A stretch of DNA of 64,000 bases from an uncultured Phycisphaerales bacterium (GCA_963755915.1 CAVWLP010000002.1:2336001-2400000); one strand, 5' to 3'. Positions 52,793-62,930 are shown, numbered from the stretch's first letter. The notes: generated by a model from the letters alone, not told the origin. Translations and numbers: made by a program.

Positions 52793-53626
52793 ATGAGCAA
52801 ATTCGGCGGATTTCTGGCGGTTGTATTTGCGGTGTTGGCGATGCAGATTGGGGCGGTTCGGGGGGATGATGCCACGACGCGGGGATCGTACGCGGTGCGG
52901 ATCGTTCTGGCGGGCGATTCAACCACGGCGGTGGGGAGCGGCTGGGGGCCGGGGTTTATGAAATGCCTCGGCGATGACGTGCAGTGCATCAACATGGCCC
53001 GAGGCGGACGAAGCAGCCGGAGCTTTATTGCCGAGGGAAGGTGGAAGCAATGCCTGGATCTGAAGCCGGACTACGTGCTGATTCAGTTTGGGCATAACGA
53101 TCAGCCGGGGCATGGTGCGGCGCGGGAGTCGGATCCGGACGTGGCGTACCGGAAATTCATCAACCAGTATGTGGACGACGCGCGGGCTGCCGGCATTAAG
53201 CCGATTCTGATCACGCCCATGAGCCGGCGGCAGTGGGGGTCGGATGGGAAAATTCATTCGACTCTGGAGCCATATGCGAAAGTCGTGCGCGAGATCGCGG
53301 CCCAGAAAAATGTTCCGCTGATCGATCTTCATGCAATGGCGATTGAGTTGTACGAGCGGCTGGGGAAAACGGAGACGAACACGCTGGCGCCGCTGAAGGA
53401 TATCGTGCCTAAAGGGGCGAAAGCGCCGGCGAATGCGGATGATCTGGTTGCGGCAACACAGATGAGCCAGGGGCAAACCAGCACGACGCAGCCTTCGCCG
53501 GGCAAGACGTTTGACGGGACGCATCTGAATCCGAAGGGTTCGGCCCTGGTAGGGGCAATGGTGGCGGGGCAATTGGCGAAGGTCGTGCCGGACTTGGCAC
53601 CGTATATTCATGTGCCTGCGCAGTGA
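52793..53626 (+). CDS. Rhamnogalacturonan acetylesterase-like SGNH hydrolase
   Basis: Signal peptide; GDST, GGRSSRSF, QFGHND, DGTH. Confidence 0.9.
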   Translation: MSKFGGFLAVVFAVLAMQIGAVRGDDATTRGSYAVRIVLAGDSTTAVGSGWGPGFMKCLGDDVQCINMARGGRSSRSFIAEGRWKQCLDLKPDYVLIQFGHNDQPGHGAARESDPDVAYRKFINQYVDDARAAGIKPILITPMSRRQWGSDGKIHSTLEPYAKVVREIAAQKNVPLIDLHAMAIELYERLGKTETNTLAPLKDIVPKGAKAPANADDLVAATQMSQGQTSTTQPSPGKTFDGTHLNPKGSALVGAMVAGQLAKVVPDLAPYIHVPAQ

Positions 53627-53660
53627 GCCCTGGGGGGGCGGAAGCACTGCGATCGGGGCA

Positions 53661-54623
53661 TCAGGGGGTGAACGTCAATATCAAGATAATCAGTGCATAC
53701 GCAATCGGATATGCGTAAAGGGAAATCTTGTCGATGCGAGCGGAGTGATGCGCCTTGCCTTCGTGGAAAAATCGCAGCGAGAGGCTCGACTGAAGGAGCG
53801 AGAGGAAAATCACAAACAGGCTGAAAAGGTGGATCTTATCGACAAGAGTGAGGTAGGGCATCTCCGGCAGGTTGCTGGTGGCGACGATTTCGGAACTGAC
53901 CGCGGCGAAGATCGCAGCGACGCCGACGGCAAATCGCGAATCGACGTCGCCCGGCTTGAAGAGGAAGGAGATGAAAGAGATGCCGACGGCGATGAAGATT
54001 CCTAAAAATGTCTTCACGTAGATCGAGGCGCTGTGGCGGGAAATGTCGATCGAGCAGATCAGACGGGAATAGGTTGAGTGGCCGCCAGCCGACTCGCTGG
54101 GGAGGCCGAAATTGGTGTGATATTCATGATCGACGACCTGGAACTGCGGCTGGGCACAGGTCCATCCGCTGAGGGAGAGCGGGCGAAGGTTCTGCATGTT
54201 GTCGCCGTCGATGATGTATTTCAGTTGACCCGATTCGTAGAAGCCGTCTTCCATTTCGAGCACTAACTGGTGATCGTCGAGGGGATAGCGGTGGTAGTCG
54301 AAGGCGATGTGAAAGACGCCGCGGCAGTGATAGGAGAGGTAGTGGTATCCGCCGACGGCTGGCGGACTGTATGGGTGTTCCTTTAACTGGAGCTCGGCGT
54401 TGAGAAATTCAAAGTTGCTGGGGTCGACATTTCCCCGCCAGCGGAACCAGATGTAGAAATCGACTGTGTAAGTGGAGCTTTTCAGGTCGAGGCCGTGGAT
54501 GTCGTTGATGTAGATTCCGACGTAGGTCGGTTGCGGGGCGTCGGATTGGGCGAACGCCGCCGGGGCGGCGAAGAGGGGGAAGAGAACCGCAAATAGCAAG
54601 AGGAGCCCGGATCGCGAATCCAT
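53661..54623 (-). CDS. Prokaryotic pentameric ligand-gated ion channel homologue (GLIC/ELIC-like)
   Basis: Signal peptide, beta-rich ECD (VGIYI..I...D...YTVDFY.W.RW), YPLD Pro-loop, GW, four TM helices with LP..PYLT. Confidence 0.75.
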   Translation of the reverse strand: MDSRSGLLLLFAVLFPLFAAPAAFAQSDAPQPTYVGIYINDIHGLDLKSSTYTVDFYIWFRWRGNVDPSNFEFLNAELQLKEHPYSPPAVGGYHYLSYHCRGVFHIAFDYHRYPLDDHQLVLEMEDGFYESGQLKYIIDGDNMQNLRPLSLSGWTCAQPQFQVVDHEYHTNFGLPSESAGGHSTYSRLICSIDISRHSASIYVKTFLGIFIAVGISFISFLFKPGDVDSRFAVGVAAIFAAVSSEIVATSNLPEMPYLTLVDKIHLFSLFVIFLSLLQSSLSLRFFHEGKAHHSARIDKISLYAYPIAYALIILILTFTP

Positions 54624-54683
54624 GCCGGGGAGTTTACAGAAAAGCGAGCGGAATTGCCGGATGCGATGGCGCATCCGCCAGTG

Positions 54684-56141
54684 CTACTCCCACCCCCCGC
54701 CCAGCGCCTTGTAGACTGCCACCAGGTCGATCGTTACCTGCTCCTCGCTTTGTGCCATTTCGTCTTCGGCGGCGAAGAGGCTGCGCTGGGCGTCCAGGAC
54801 GTACAGAAAATCGGTGCTGCCTTTTTCGTAAAGCTCGGTGGAGAGATCGACGGCCTTCTGGTTGGCGGTGACGGCGCCTCGCAACGCTTCGAGACGGACC
54901 TGCTCGCGGTTGAAGGAGACCAGCGAGTCATCCACATCGCTGATGCTCTGGAGGACGACCTTGCGGTAAGCCTCCAGCGCCTCGGCCTGGCGGGCGTTTT
55001 GCACGTCGATGTTGGAGGAGACCTTACCGGCGTTGAAGATGTCCCAGGAGACGCCGGGAACGATCTCATACGTTCGGCTGGTCCAGTCAAAAATACTTTT
55101 GAGAGACTCGGATTCATCGCCAAGGGCGCCGGTGATGGAGAACTTGGGGAAGAGGTCGGCGGTGGCGACGCCAATGTTGGCGGTCGTCTCGGCAAGCTGG
55201 CGCTCGGCGCGGCGGACATCGGGCCGGCGGCGAAGCAGATCGCCCGGCACGCCGGGCGGAACATAGGATGGGCCGACGGGAATCGGGCCGACGGGATCCA
55301 ATTCCGCCTGAAGTGAGCCGGGAAACTGGCCGAGCAGTGTGCCCAGATGGTGCATGTTCAGGCGGATTTGCGCCTGGAAGCTGGGGATGGTCGACGCGGT
55401 GCTGTCAACCTGCGCTTCCTGCTGGGCGACGTCGAGATAGGGAACCAGCCCGCCCTCGGCCTTTCGGCGGGTGAGGTCGAGCGTCTGCTCCTGGCTGTGA
55501 AGATTGTCCTGGGCGATCTGCAGTTCGCGCTGGGCGGCGCGAAGCTCGATATAGTTGGCGGCGACATCGGACATGAGCGAGATGAGGACATCGCGCTTAT
55601 CCCACCATGCGGCCTGATACCCGTAATTCGCCGATTCGATCTGGCGGCGATTTTGACCGAAGACGTCGATTTCCCAGTTCATGTCGAAGCCGGCCTGCCA
55701 GGTGTCCGATTCGATTCCCGGGAAGGAGCCTCCGCTGCCGCTGGTGGAAGAAAATTCCTGTATCGCGGCGAGGTTCTGGCTGACGCGTTCGTGGGTGTAA
55801 CTGCCGTCGGCGCCGATATCGGGGAAGAGTCCGGCGACGTAGATGCCGCGGTTGGCGCGGGCTTCGCGGATGCGCGCCTCGGCGGCGATGATGTCGGGAT
55901 TGTTGACCACCGTGCGCTGGATCAGCGAATTGAGGATTGGGTCGTCCATCGTTTCCCACCAGCACTGGTAGTCGGGCTGCGTGGTGGCGCGGGCGGAAGG
56001 CTCGGAGGTCGGCTGGGTGGCGGATTCGATCTCGTTGAACTGCGCCGGCATTGCCGTATTGGGCGTTTTATAGTTCGGCCCAACCGCGCAGCTGCAGAGG
56101 ATCAGCACCAGGACTACGGACAGTGCGGTAATTCGATACAT
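54684..56141 (-). CDS. Outer-membrane efflux lipoprotein (NodT/TolC family)
   Basis: Lipobox ...SCAVGP, WEIDVFG, LLRRRPDV, YKALGGGW. Confidence 0.93.
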   Translation of the reverse strand: MYRITALSVVLVLILCSCAVGPNYKTPNTAMPAQFNEIESATQPTSEPSARATTQPDYQCWWETMDDPILNSLIQRTVVNNPDIIAAEARIREARANRGIYVAGLFPDIGADGSYTHERVSQNLAAIQEFSSTSGSGGSFPGIESDTWQAGFDMNWEIDVFGQNRRQIESANYGYQAAWWDKRDVLISLMSDVAANYIELRAAQRELQIAQDNLHSQEQTLDLTRRKAEGGLVPYLDVAQQEAQVDSTASTIPSFQAQIRLNMHHLGTLLGQFPGSLQAELDPVGPIPVGPSYVPPGVPGDLLRRRPDVRRAERQLAETTANIGVATADLFPKFSITGALGDESESLKSIFDWTSRTYEIVPGVSWDIFNAGKVSSNIDVQNARQAEALEAYRKVVLQSISDVDDSLVSFNREQVRLEALRGAVTANQKAVDLSTELYEKGSTDFLYVLDAQRSLFAAEDEMAQSEEQVTIDLVAVYKALGGGWE

Positions 56142-56146
56142 GCATT

Positions 56147-56179
56147 AATCCTTGAAATTCGTCAATCCTTGAAATTCGT
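56147..56179. repeat. 16-bp direct repeat x2 at the MFP-OMF junction
   Basis: AATCCTTGAAATTCGT at 56147 and 56164. Confidence 0.8.
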
Positions 56180-57276
56180 TTGGGGCGTTTCGATAAAAAC
56201 GTCCATTTGTTGCCCCACATAGATCGGCTTATCGCCGACGTCGAAAGTATATAGTACCTGGAGCACGCGCGTGTCCACTCGCTCGGTGCTGTCGCCGGTG
56301 AGGGACTTCTTGGGGATGACGTACGGCTCGATCCGATAAAACTTGAGGTCGCAGCCTATATCGCGGTTCCCGCGAAGTATGCGACAGCGCGAAGCCCGCC
56401 ATCCGGATGCCGGGGCACCCGCCAGGCGTCGTTTTCGTCCACATCGGTGCGGACGACGAGCTTATCAAGATTTCCGATGAGCATGAGCGGATTTTGAAGC
56501 TCGCCGGCCGGAGCGTATTCGCCGAGATGGATTTTCACCTGCAAAATCTGCCCGTCGATCGGGGCAGTCACCGTCAGGCGGTCGATCAGGGTCTGGTCGT
56601 TTTGCACCTGCGCCTGGGCGGCGGCGAGGCTGGCCTTGGCGCTCTCAATGTCGGCCCGGGCGACTTTCAAATCTTCGTTCCAGGAACCGTCCTTGAGCAG
56701 CTCCAGATCGGCCTGGGATTCAGCGAGGTGAGCCTTGGCGATATCGACGGCGTGGGTGCGGCGATCGAGATCGTCCTGGCTGAAGGCCCTGGGATCAGAA
56801 ACACTTTTCAGGGTTCGGAGCTGGTCCTGAGCGTCCTCGAGGCTGTGCAGGTCGGCATCGACGCGGGCCTGGGCCGGCGGAATTTCTTCCGGACGCGGCA
56901 TCTGCTTGAGCCGATCAAATTTTGCCTGCACGGAGTCCAGCATGGATTGCTGCACCGCCACGTCGGCATATTTGGTCGCCAGATCTGCCCGGAGATCGCG
57001 ATCGTCGATGAGCCACAGCGGCTGGCCTTTGGTCACGTGATCGCCGACTTTCACGTAGATCTTCGTCACCACGCCCGGCACGACGGAGCCGACCTGGATG
57101 TTTTCGCTGAGGGGCTCGACGATGCCCGCACCGGCGACGTAATTGTCGAACGGCGCCTGGCTCGGCTCGGCCGCGGGGGGGGCGATGGGCGACGGGCGGC
57201 TGCCGGCGACGACCGTGTAGACGGCGAAGATGACGCCGACAACTGCGAGAAACGGCAGAAAAATTTTGCGGATCAT
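56162..57276 (-). CDS. HlyD-family membrane fusion protein (frameshift near 56360)
   Basis: N-terminal TM, lipoyl half-motifs (VKVGD.V.KG; APIDG), C-terminus EPYVIPKKSLTGDSTERVDTRVLQV...VGQQMDVFI. Confidence 0.88.
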
Positions 57277-57301
57277 GACGGACTCCGATGGTTTGGTGCT
57301 T

Positions 57302-58049
57302 TCAGTTTTGCAAATCTTCCGGGGAATCAACGACGCGCTGGATGATGCCGTCGTCCATCTGGGCGATACGGTCAGCAAATTCGAAAATGCGGGCGTCGTG
57401 CGTGACGATGACAAGCGATCGGCCGCTGCTCATGGCGGTGGAGCGCAAAAGCTCCATGATCTGATGCCCGGTTTCGTGATCGAGGGCGCTGGTCGGCTCG
57501 TCGCAGACGATGATCTTGGGATCGTGGACCAGGGCGCGTGCGATGGCGACCCGCTGCTGCTGTCCGCCGGAAAGCTGGCGGGGCAGCGATGCGTGGCGGG
57601 GGCCCAGGCCGACGTGCTCGAGCATTTCCCGAGCACGGGCGATGGCCCGCGGGCGCGGGGTTTTGTTGATGAGCAGGGGAATCGCCACGTTCTCGGCTGC
57701 GGTGAGCGTGGGGAGAAGGTTGAACGATTGGAAAACGAAGCCGATCGTTTGTCCGCGCAGGCGGGTCTTTTCGCGCCGGCATCGATTTGAAATCGTGGCC
57801 GAAGACGCTGCACTGGCCCTCATCGTGATTGAGGATGCCGGCGATGCAGCTAATGAGCGTGGTCTTTCCGCAGCCGGAGGGGCCGACGAGCATGAGCAGC
57901 TCGCCGCTGCGCACGTCGAGGTCGATTCCGCGCAATGCGGCCACTTTGGAATTGCCCTGGCCATAAGACTTGGTGACCCCCTGGCAGGAGACAGCCAGTT
58001 CCGGCGCCCTGGGCACGATCGACTGATATTCGGGAACGATCGAGGTCAT
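57302..58049 (-). CDS. ABC transporter ATP-binding protein, LolD/MacB-like (frameshift near 57775)
   Basis: GPSGCGKT, LSGGQQQR, CDEPT, VTHD. Confidence 0.92.
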
Positions 58050-58053
58050 TACA

Positions 58054-59204
58054 TCACCCTTTAAAAACAATCGCGGGATCGACGCGAAGCACGCGAATGA
58101 TGCTGAAGCCGGCTGCCCCGACGCAGCAGAAAAGAATCGCCACGGCGCCCAGGACCGGGATTTGCCAGGGCATTTCAAAGGCGACGCCGATTTTGGAGAA
58201 GACAAATCCGGTAAGCGCCGCGCCGCCGACGCCCAGCCCGTAGCCGATTCCACCGGCCCACGTGGCCTGAAGTGCGACCATCTGAATGATCTTCAAATTT
58301 CCCGCGCCCATCGCCTTGATGGCGGCGAAATGGCGGATGTTGTCGAGCATAAAGGTGTAGAGCGTCTGCCCGCTCACCAAAACGCCGATGAGAAAACCCA
58401 GGCCGATGGTGATGCCGAAATTCACCAGGATTCCGGTTTTCTTCAGCACGTAATCCATCGTGATCGCGGCAAACTGGTTTGGCGTGACCGCCTTGAGGCC
58501 GGGAAGCTGATCGATGCGGCTCTGCACATCGGCGATCTCGAAACCGAGGCGGACTTTGACCAGGACGTAGCTGGTCATTCGTCGTTCCGACGGGGCCATC
58601 GTCAGGGCGCGGGTGTAGGTCGTGTAGATGACCGGGTCCCAGAAGAATTCGGGGGTCGCTCGGTAGGTGCCGGCCACGACAGCCTCGTGATCGTTGATAT
58701 CGATGCTGTCGCCGACGCGCAGCGGCGCGGGGGATTGGCGCGATTGAGCTTGAGAATGTCCTTCGCCTGATCGACGTTGATGAAGACGGCGCGGTCCTGG
58801 CGGAGGTCGTCGATTTTTCCCTCGACCATCCGGGCTGGAGCGCCGGTGAGAGTGGCGTCATCGACGCCGATCACGCGGACTGACACTTGCGTGCCGTCCG
58901 GCAGGCGCGATTTGAGATAGCTGCGCGACATCGGCACGGCCCAGAGCACGCCGCTGATGCCGCGGACGCGGTCGAGATTGGAGTCGAGAATCGGCTTGTT
59001 GGCTTCCGTGAAGTCGGCCTGATCGTTCATCACCCACAGATCGCAGCAGCGCTCGTCGTGAATCCACGAGCCGGTGCGGAGGGCGTAGCCGCAGAAGATC
59101 GACGCCTGCTGAGTCACCAGCAGCGCGGCAAAGGCGAGGCCGGCCACGAGGCTGATGTATTTCAGCCGATCACCGACGAGCATTTTCATGGCGAGAAAAT
59201 TCAT
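58054..59204 (-). CDS. ABC transporter permease, FtsX/MacB-like (frameshift near 58725)
   Basis: MLVGDRLKY, periplasmic domain, GQT.Y.F..DN...F..IKAMGA, DPAIVF. Confidence 0.9.
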
Positions 59205-59827
59205 CGCAGCATCCCGTGAAAAAGGCTATCGAGCATGAGCTTCATGCGCTGATCAAACGGCCGCCACTCCAGCCAGGCATCTTTGGCCTTGGTGACCTGC
59301 AGAGAGACCAGGCCATGCACGCCGGCCCAGAGGACCTGGGAAATCAGGTGCGCGTCGGTTAAGCCGTCGCGGAATTTTTTCGCTTCGATCGCCTGGCCGA
59401 CGGTGTAATGCAGGAACGCGTAGGCGTCTTCATCCGGGTTGCCCTTGCGGCACTCGTCCGATTCGTCTTCGCGGACGCCGTGGTAGGGGGTCATGAACAT
59501 CAGGCGATAGTGATTGGGATACGCCAGGCCGAACCGGCCATAGGTGACTCCGATTTCGTAAATGCGCTTCAGGGGGTCTTCGATCTTGGCCAGCTCCTGA
59601 AACGTCTCCGCCAAAGTCGCGAAATCCTCGGAGCAGATTTCGTGCAGGAGGGCCTCCTTGTCGGCGAAGTATTGGTAGATGACGGTGGGGGAGTATTCGA
59701 CGACGTCGGCGATCTTGCGCATCGAAACCGATTCCACACCTTCGGTGACGAATAGGTCTCGGGCGGCGTTGATGATCTTCGCCTTCACATCATCCCGTTG
59801 ACGTTGTCTTCGTTCTTTGGATCCCAT
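59201..59827 (-). CDS. TetR/AcrR family regulator
   Basis: SMRKIADVVEYSPTVIYQYFADK HTH; WAGVHG C-terminal motif. Confidence 0.92.
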   Translation of the reverse strand: MGSKERRQRQRDDVKAKIINAARDLFVTEGVESVSMRKIADVVEYSPTVIYQYFADKEALLHEICSEDFATLAETFQELAKIEDPLKRIYEIGVTYGRFGLAYPNHYRLMFMTPYHGVREDESDECRKGNPDEDAYAFLHYTVGQAIEAKKFRDGLTDAHLISQVLWAGVHGLVSLQVTKAKDAWLEWRPFDQRMKLMLDSLFHGMLR

Positions 59828-59873
59828 AACGTCGTTAATATAGTTAACAGTGTTATATTTGTCAACAGTGTTT
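59827..59873 (-). promoter_or_regulatory. Sigma70 promoter overlapped by three palindromic operator-like sites
   Basis: Minus strand TTGACA-N17-TATATT-N9-ATG; TAACGTCGTTA (59827), TAACAGTGTTA (59845), CAACAGTGTTT (59863) at 18-bp period. Confidence 0.75.
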
Positions 59874-59877
59874 TAAA

Positions 59878-61053
59878 TTATGTCTTGAATACGATCGCCG
59901 GTTCGAGACGAAGCACGTTGTAAATGCTTATAAGCGATGAGATTATGCAGATGAAAAGAACCGCAACGGCGCTGATGGCCAGCAGTTGCCAGGGCATCCA
60001 GAAGGCGAGCTCGGTTTTCTGGGTGAAGACGCCAAAGACGCTGGCGAGGCCCACCCCCAAGCCATAGCCGATGGCGCCGACGAGAACGGCCTGGACGAGA
60101 ATCATTCGCAGAAGGATTGCCGAGTCAGCTCCCATCGCCTTGAGTGCGCCGAAATGTTTCAGGTTGTCGAGGGTGAAATTGTAGAACGTCTGACCGGCAA
60201 TGATGGTGCCAACGAAAAAGCCCAGGGCCACGGAGATGCCGAAGTTGATCGGGATGCCGGTGTTGGCCATGAAGTAGTCGACGGTTTTCCAGACGAATTG
60301 CGAGCGAGTGAATGCGCCCAGTCCCGTGGCGGCGGTGATGCGCTTGCACAGCTCGGCCGGATCGACGCCGCCCTGGGCTTTGACGAGAACGAAGCTGAGC
60401 AGCTTCCGCTCCTGCGGCGCGAATGTCGTGGCGCGGTTGTATGTCGTGTAAACGACCGGCTGGCTTTGGAACGTGCGCGAGACCTGGCAGAGCCCGACGA
60501 CGATGGCGCGGTGATCGTTGAGTTCCAGTGCGTCGCCGACTTTCAGAGAGATCGGCGCGCCGCCGTTATCGGGGATCTTCGCGAGCTTATCGTCCGCGCC
60601 GACTTTATCGACGATGACCGCCTCCGAGCGGCGGAGGTCTTCGATGCGGCCGATTTTTCCGGTCGAATCGGGAACCATTTTCGGCGGGCCGCCGATCAGC
60701 GTGGCGTCGTCGAGGCCGATGACGTTGCAGGTCTGGAAGTTGCCGTTCTCCAGGCGGGCACGGATGAGGCCCTTGTAAAGCGGCACCGCCCACTCGACGC
60801 CGGTGACGCCGCGAACGCGGTAAAGCTGCGTGTCCTGCATCGGTTTGATGTCGTCGATGAACTGGACTTTCTTGTCCATCACCCAGATATCGGGCTGGCC
60901 CAGATCGGTGATGGCGCCGAAGGTGCGGGTCATCAGTCCGCAGAAGATGGCGGTTTGCTGGGTGATCAGCAGGGAGGCGAAGGTGAGGCCGATGAGAATG
61001 CCGATGTACTTCGCCCGGTCTCCGACGAGCATTTTGATGGCGATGAAATTCAT
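59878..61053 (-). CDS. Second ABC transporter permease, FtsX/MacB-like
   Basis: MLVGDRAKY ... GQTFYNFTLDN ... LEPAIVF; paralogue of 58054..59204. Confidence 0.92.
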   Translation of the reverse strand: MNFIAIKMLVGDRAKYIGILIGLTFASLLITQQTAIFCGLMTRTFGAITDLGQPDIWVMDKKVQFIDDIKPMQDTQLYRVRGVTGVEWAVPLYKGLIRARLENGNFQTCNVIGLDDATLIGGPPKMVPDSTGKIGRIEDLRRSEAVIVDKVGADDKLAKIPDNGGAPISLKVGDALELNDHRAIVVGLCQVSRTFQSQPVVYTTYNRATTFAPQERKLLSFVLVKAQGGVDPAELCKRITAATGLGAFTRSQFVWKTVDYFMANTGIPINFGISVALGFFVGTIIAGQTFYNFTLDNLKHFGALKAMGADSAILLRMILVQAVLVGAIGYGLGVGLASVFGVFTQKTELAFWMPWQLLAISAVAVLFICIISSLISIYNVLRLEPAIVFKT

Positions 61054-61691
61054 GACGGCCTCTGGTATCGCGCGGCGATTTCGCGGATGCCTCCCAGCGA
61101 AAAGCGCGTGATGTGATCGGCCAGTTCTTCGACGTGCTGGTCGAGATCGGCGTAGATGGGGCTGAGCCGCTTGAGGACCGGGCGGGCGAAGTGGTAGTGG
61201 AGCATCTGGCCGACAACGCTGACGGTGCATTTGGCGATGACGCGCGGCGGGAGGTCGCCGAGCAGGTCGTGAACGATTTCCTGGAGAACCGTCTGGTTTG
61301 GCCGGACGTGCTCGTCGACGAAGGAGTCGAGGGCGCCGGATGGTTCGGTCATTTCACGGGCGAGGAGCCGGGTGAACCAGGACGGACGGCCGGGGTCGAG
61401 CAGGTGGCGAAGGAATTGGCGGATGAATTCGCGGAGACGTTGCTCGGGAGAGAGTTTCGGTGAGGGGGCCGGGTCGCCATCCGCATGCAAGCGGCAATCT
61501 GCAAAGACGGCGAGATAAAGCTTCTGCTTGTCGCCAAAGTGGTAGTTGACGGCCGCGATGTTGGCTCCGGCCTTTTTGCAGATCTCGCGAACGGTGCTGT
61601 TCGCGAAGCCCTTCTCGGCGAAGACCTCGCCGGCAGAGTCCAATAATCGGCGGCGGGTTTCGAGGGAATTATCAGTGGTAATGTCAGTCAT
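61050..61691 (-). CDS. TetR family regulator (CecR-like, DUF1956-type C-terminus)
   Basis: TVREICKKAGANIAAVNYHFGDK HTH; REMTEPS; FSLGGI. Confidence 0.88.
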   Translation of the reverse strand: MTDITTDNSLETRRRLLDSAGEVFAEKGFANSTVREICKKAGANIAAVNYHFGDKQKLYLAVFADCRLHADGDPAPSPKLSPEQRLREFIRQFLRHLLDPGRPSWFTRLLAREMTEPSGALDSFVDEHVRPNQTVLQEIVHDLLGDLPPRVIAKCTVSVVGQMLHYHFARPVLKRLSPIYADLDQHVEELADHITRFSLGGIREIAARYQRPS

Positions 61692-61709
61692 TTGTTTCAA
61701 TCTATTATT

Positions 61710-61725
61710 TCAAACATATGTTTGA
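61710..61725. promoter_or_regulatory. Perfect 16-bp palindrome, probable TetR operator
   Basis: TCAAACATATGTTTGA just upstream of the regulator start, next to a TTGATC -35-like box on the minus strand. Confidence 0.7.
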
Positions 61726-61781
61726 GATCAAGTAAAAAAAGGAATTGGATCAGGCGAATTATATAACTTAATGTTAGTAAA

Positions 61782-62216
61782 TCAGTTAGCTTTCGCTGGC
61801 GGATTTGAATATCCGATGCGATAGTTTCCGTCGAGGATTGCTCCAGCGCCTACCGCCAGCGACGGGGCCAGCACATCGCCCTTGATTTCGGCTTCTGGGC
61901 CGACCAGGACCGGGCCGTGGCTTGTGACTGTGGCTTTGACCTTTCCCTTCACCACGAGCCCACCGCAGAGAACCCGATCGGCGACGATGTTCCCCTTCTT
62001 CTCCACGCTGACGATGCCGCAGGTTTCGAAGCTGCGGCGGGCCTGATAGTCTTTTACGCGTAAATCTTCCAGCCGCAGTGACTTGTGGCAGAACTTGCAG
62101 ACCACCGACAGGGCCTTGCGGGAGACCGGCTGCGATTGGCCGCAGTGAAGGCAGACGATGTTTGGCCCATCGTCGCCAGTGGGAGAATTTTGGATCGGCT
62201 CTAGCGGGATCGCCAT
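61782..62216 (-). CDS. Bactofilin-domain protein with N-terminal CxxC-CxxC zinc ribbon
   Basis: CLHC...CKFC followed by beta-helix repeats (VKGKVKA, IKGDV, GAILDG). Confidence 0.8.
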   Translation of the reverse strand: MAIPLEPIQNSPTGDDGPNIVCLHCGQSQPVSRKALSVVCKFCHKSLRLEDLRVKDYQARRSFETCGIVSVEKKGNIVADRVLCGGLVVKGKVKATVTSHGPVLVGPEAEIKGDVLAPSLAVGAGAILDGNYRIGYSNPPAKAN

Positions 62217-62258
62217 GTGCAAGTCACCCGGTAGCCTCAATCGGCAAGCGGGGTGATT

Positions 62259-62687
62259 TTACCCCACTTTAGCCGGTAGCGGGGCGGGCGAACTCGAAAT
62301 GCGGGGATTGACCTGCACCGAAACGCGCGGTGTGCCGCCGGTCTTCACGGCGTCTGGACCCACACTGACATGCCCACTGAAAACGGCGCCTTCCTCGACG
62401 ATGAGCTTGTTGGCCCGCATATCGCCTTCGTATCGGGCGCTGCTTTTGAGCTCGATCCGGTCAGACGCTGCAAGATTGCCGTGAATCTCTCCCTCGACAA
62501 GAAGCGAACCCGCTTCGATGTCGGCCTGGACCTTCGCCTCCTTGGCGACGTGAACCCGGCCGGCAGTGTTGACCTTGCCTTCGAGGCGGCCATGTATCCG
62601 CATGCCCTTCTCGAACGACAGCTCGCCCTTGAAGCTGGCGTCCGGCCCAATGACAGTCGGGAAATCCTGCGGTGATGAATCCGCCAT
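62259..62687 (-). CDS. Bactofilin (polymer-forming cytoskeletal protein)
   Basis: TVIG...FKGEL...IHGRLEG...VEGEIHG...IVEEGAVFSG; GGAGG RBS. Confidence 0.92.
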   Translation of the reverse strand: MADSSPQDFPTVIGPDASFKGELSFEKGMRIHGRLEGKVNTAGRVHVAKEAKVQADIEAGSLLVEGEIHGNLAASDRIELKSSARYEGDMRANKLIVEEGAVFSGHVSVGPDAVKTGGTPRVSVQVNPRISSSPAPLPAKVG

Positions 62688-62898
62688 TTGGAATCCTCCA
62701 AAAGTTGACATTTTTGCCGGCCATCCAAGCCGGTCATTCTTTCTTTGCGCGATTATAACGAGAGAATCCGCGGTAACCAGAGCTTACGCGCAGATTTTGC
62801 GCAAAAGAAAAAGGGGTGGTCTGTTTGGACTCCATGTCGAAATACGAATTCCCCACGGCGGCGCCGTGGGCGTTCTGGGAGTGAACGACCCAGTAATG

Positions 62899-62930
62899 AA
62901 AAAGGCCCCGACTTTTTCGAAGTCGGGGCC
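62899..62930 (-). terminator. Intrinsic terminator downstream of degP
   Basis: GGCCCCGACTT-tttcg-AAGTCGGGGCC 11-bp stem with an adjacent A5 run (U-tract on the minus strand). Confidence 0.78.
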
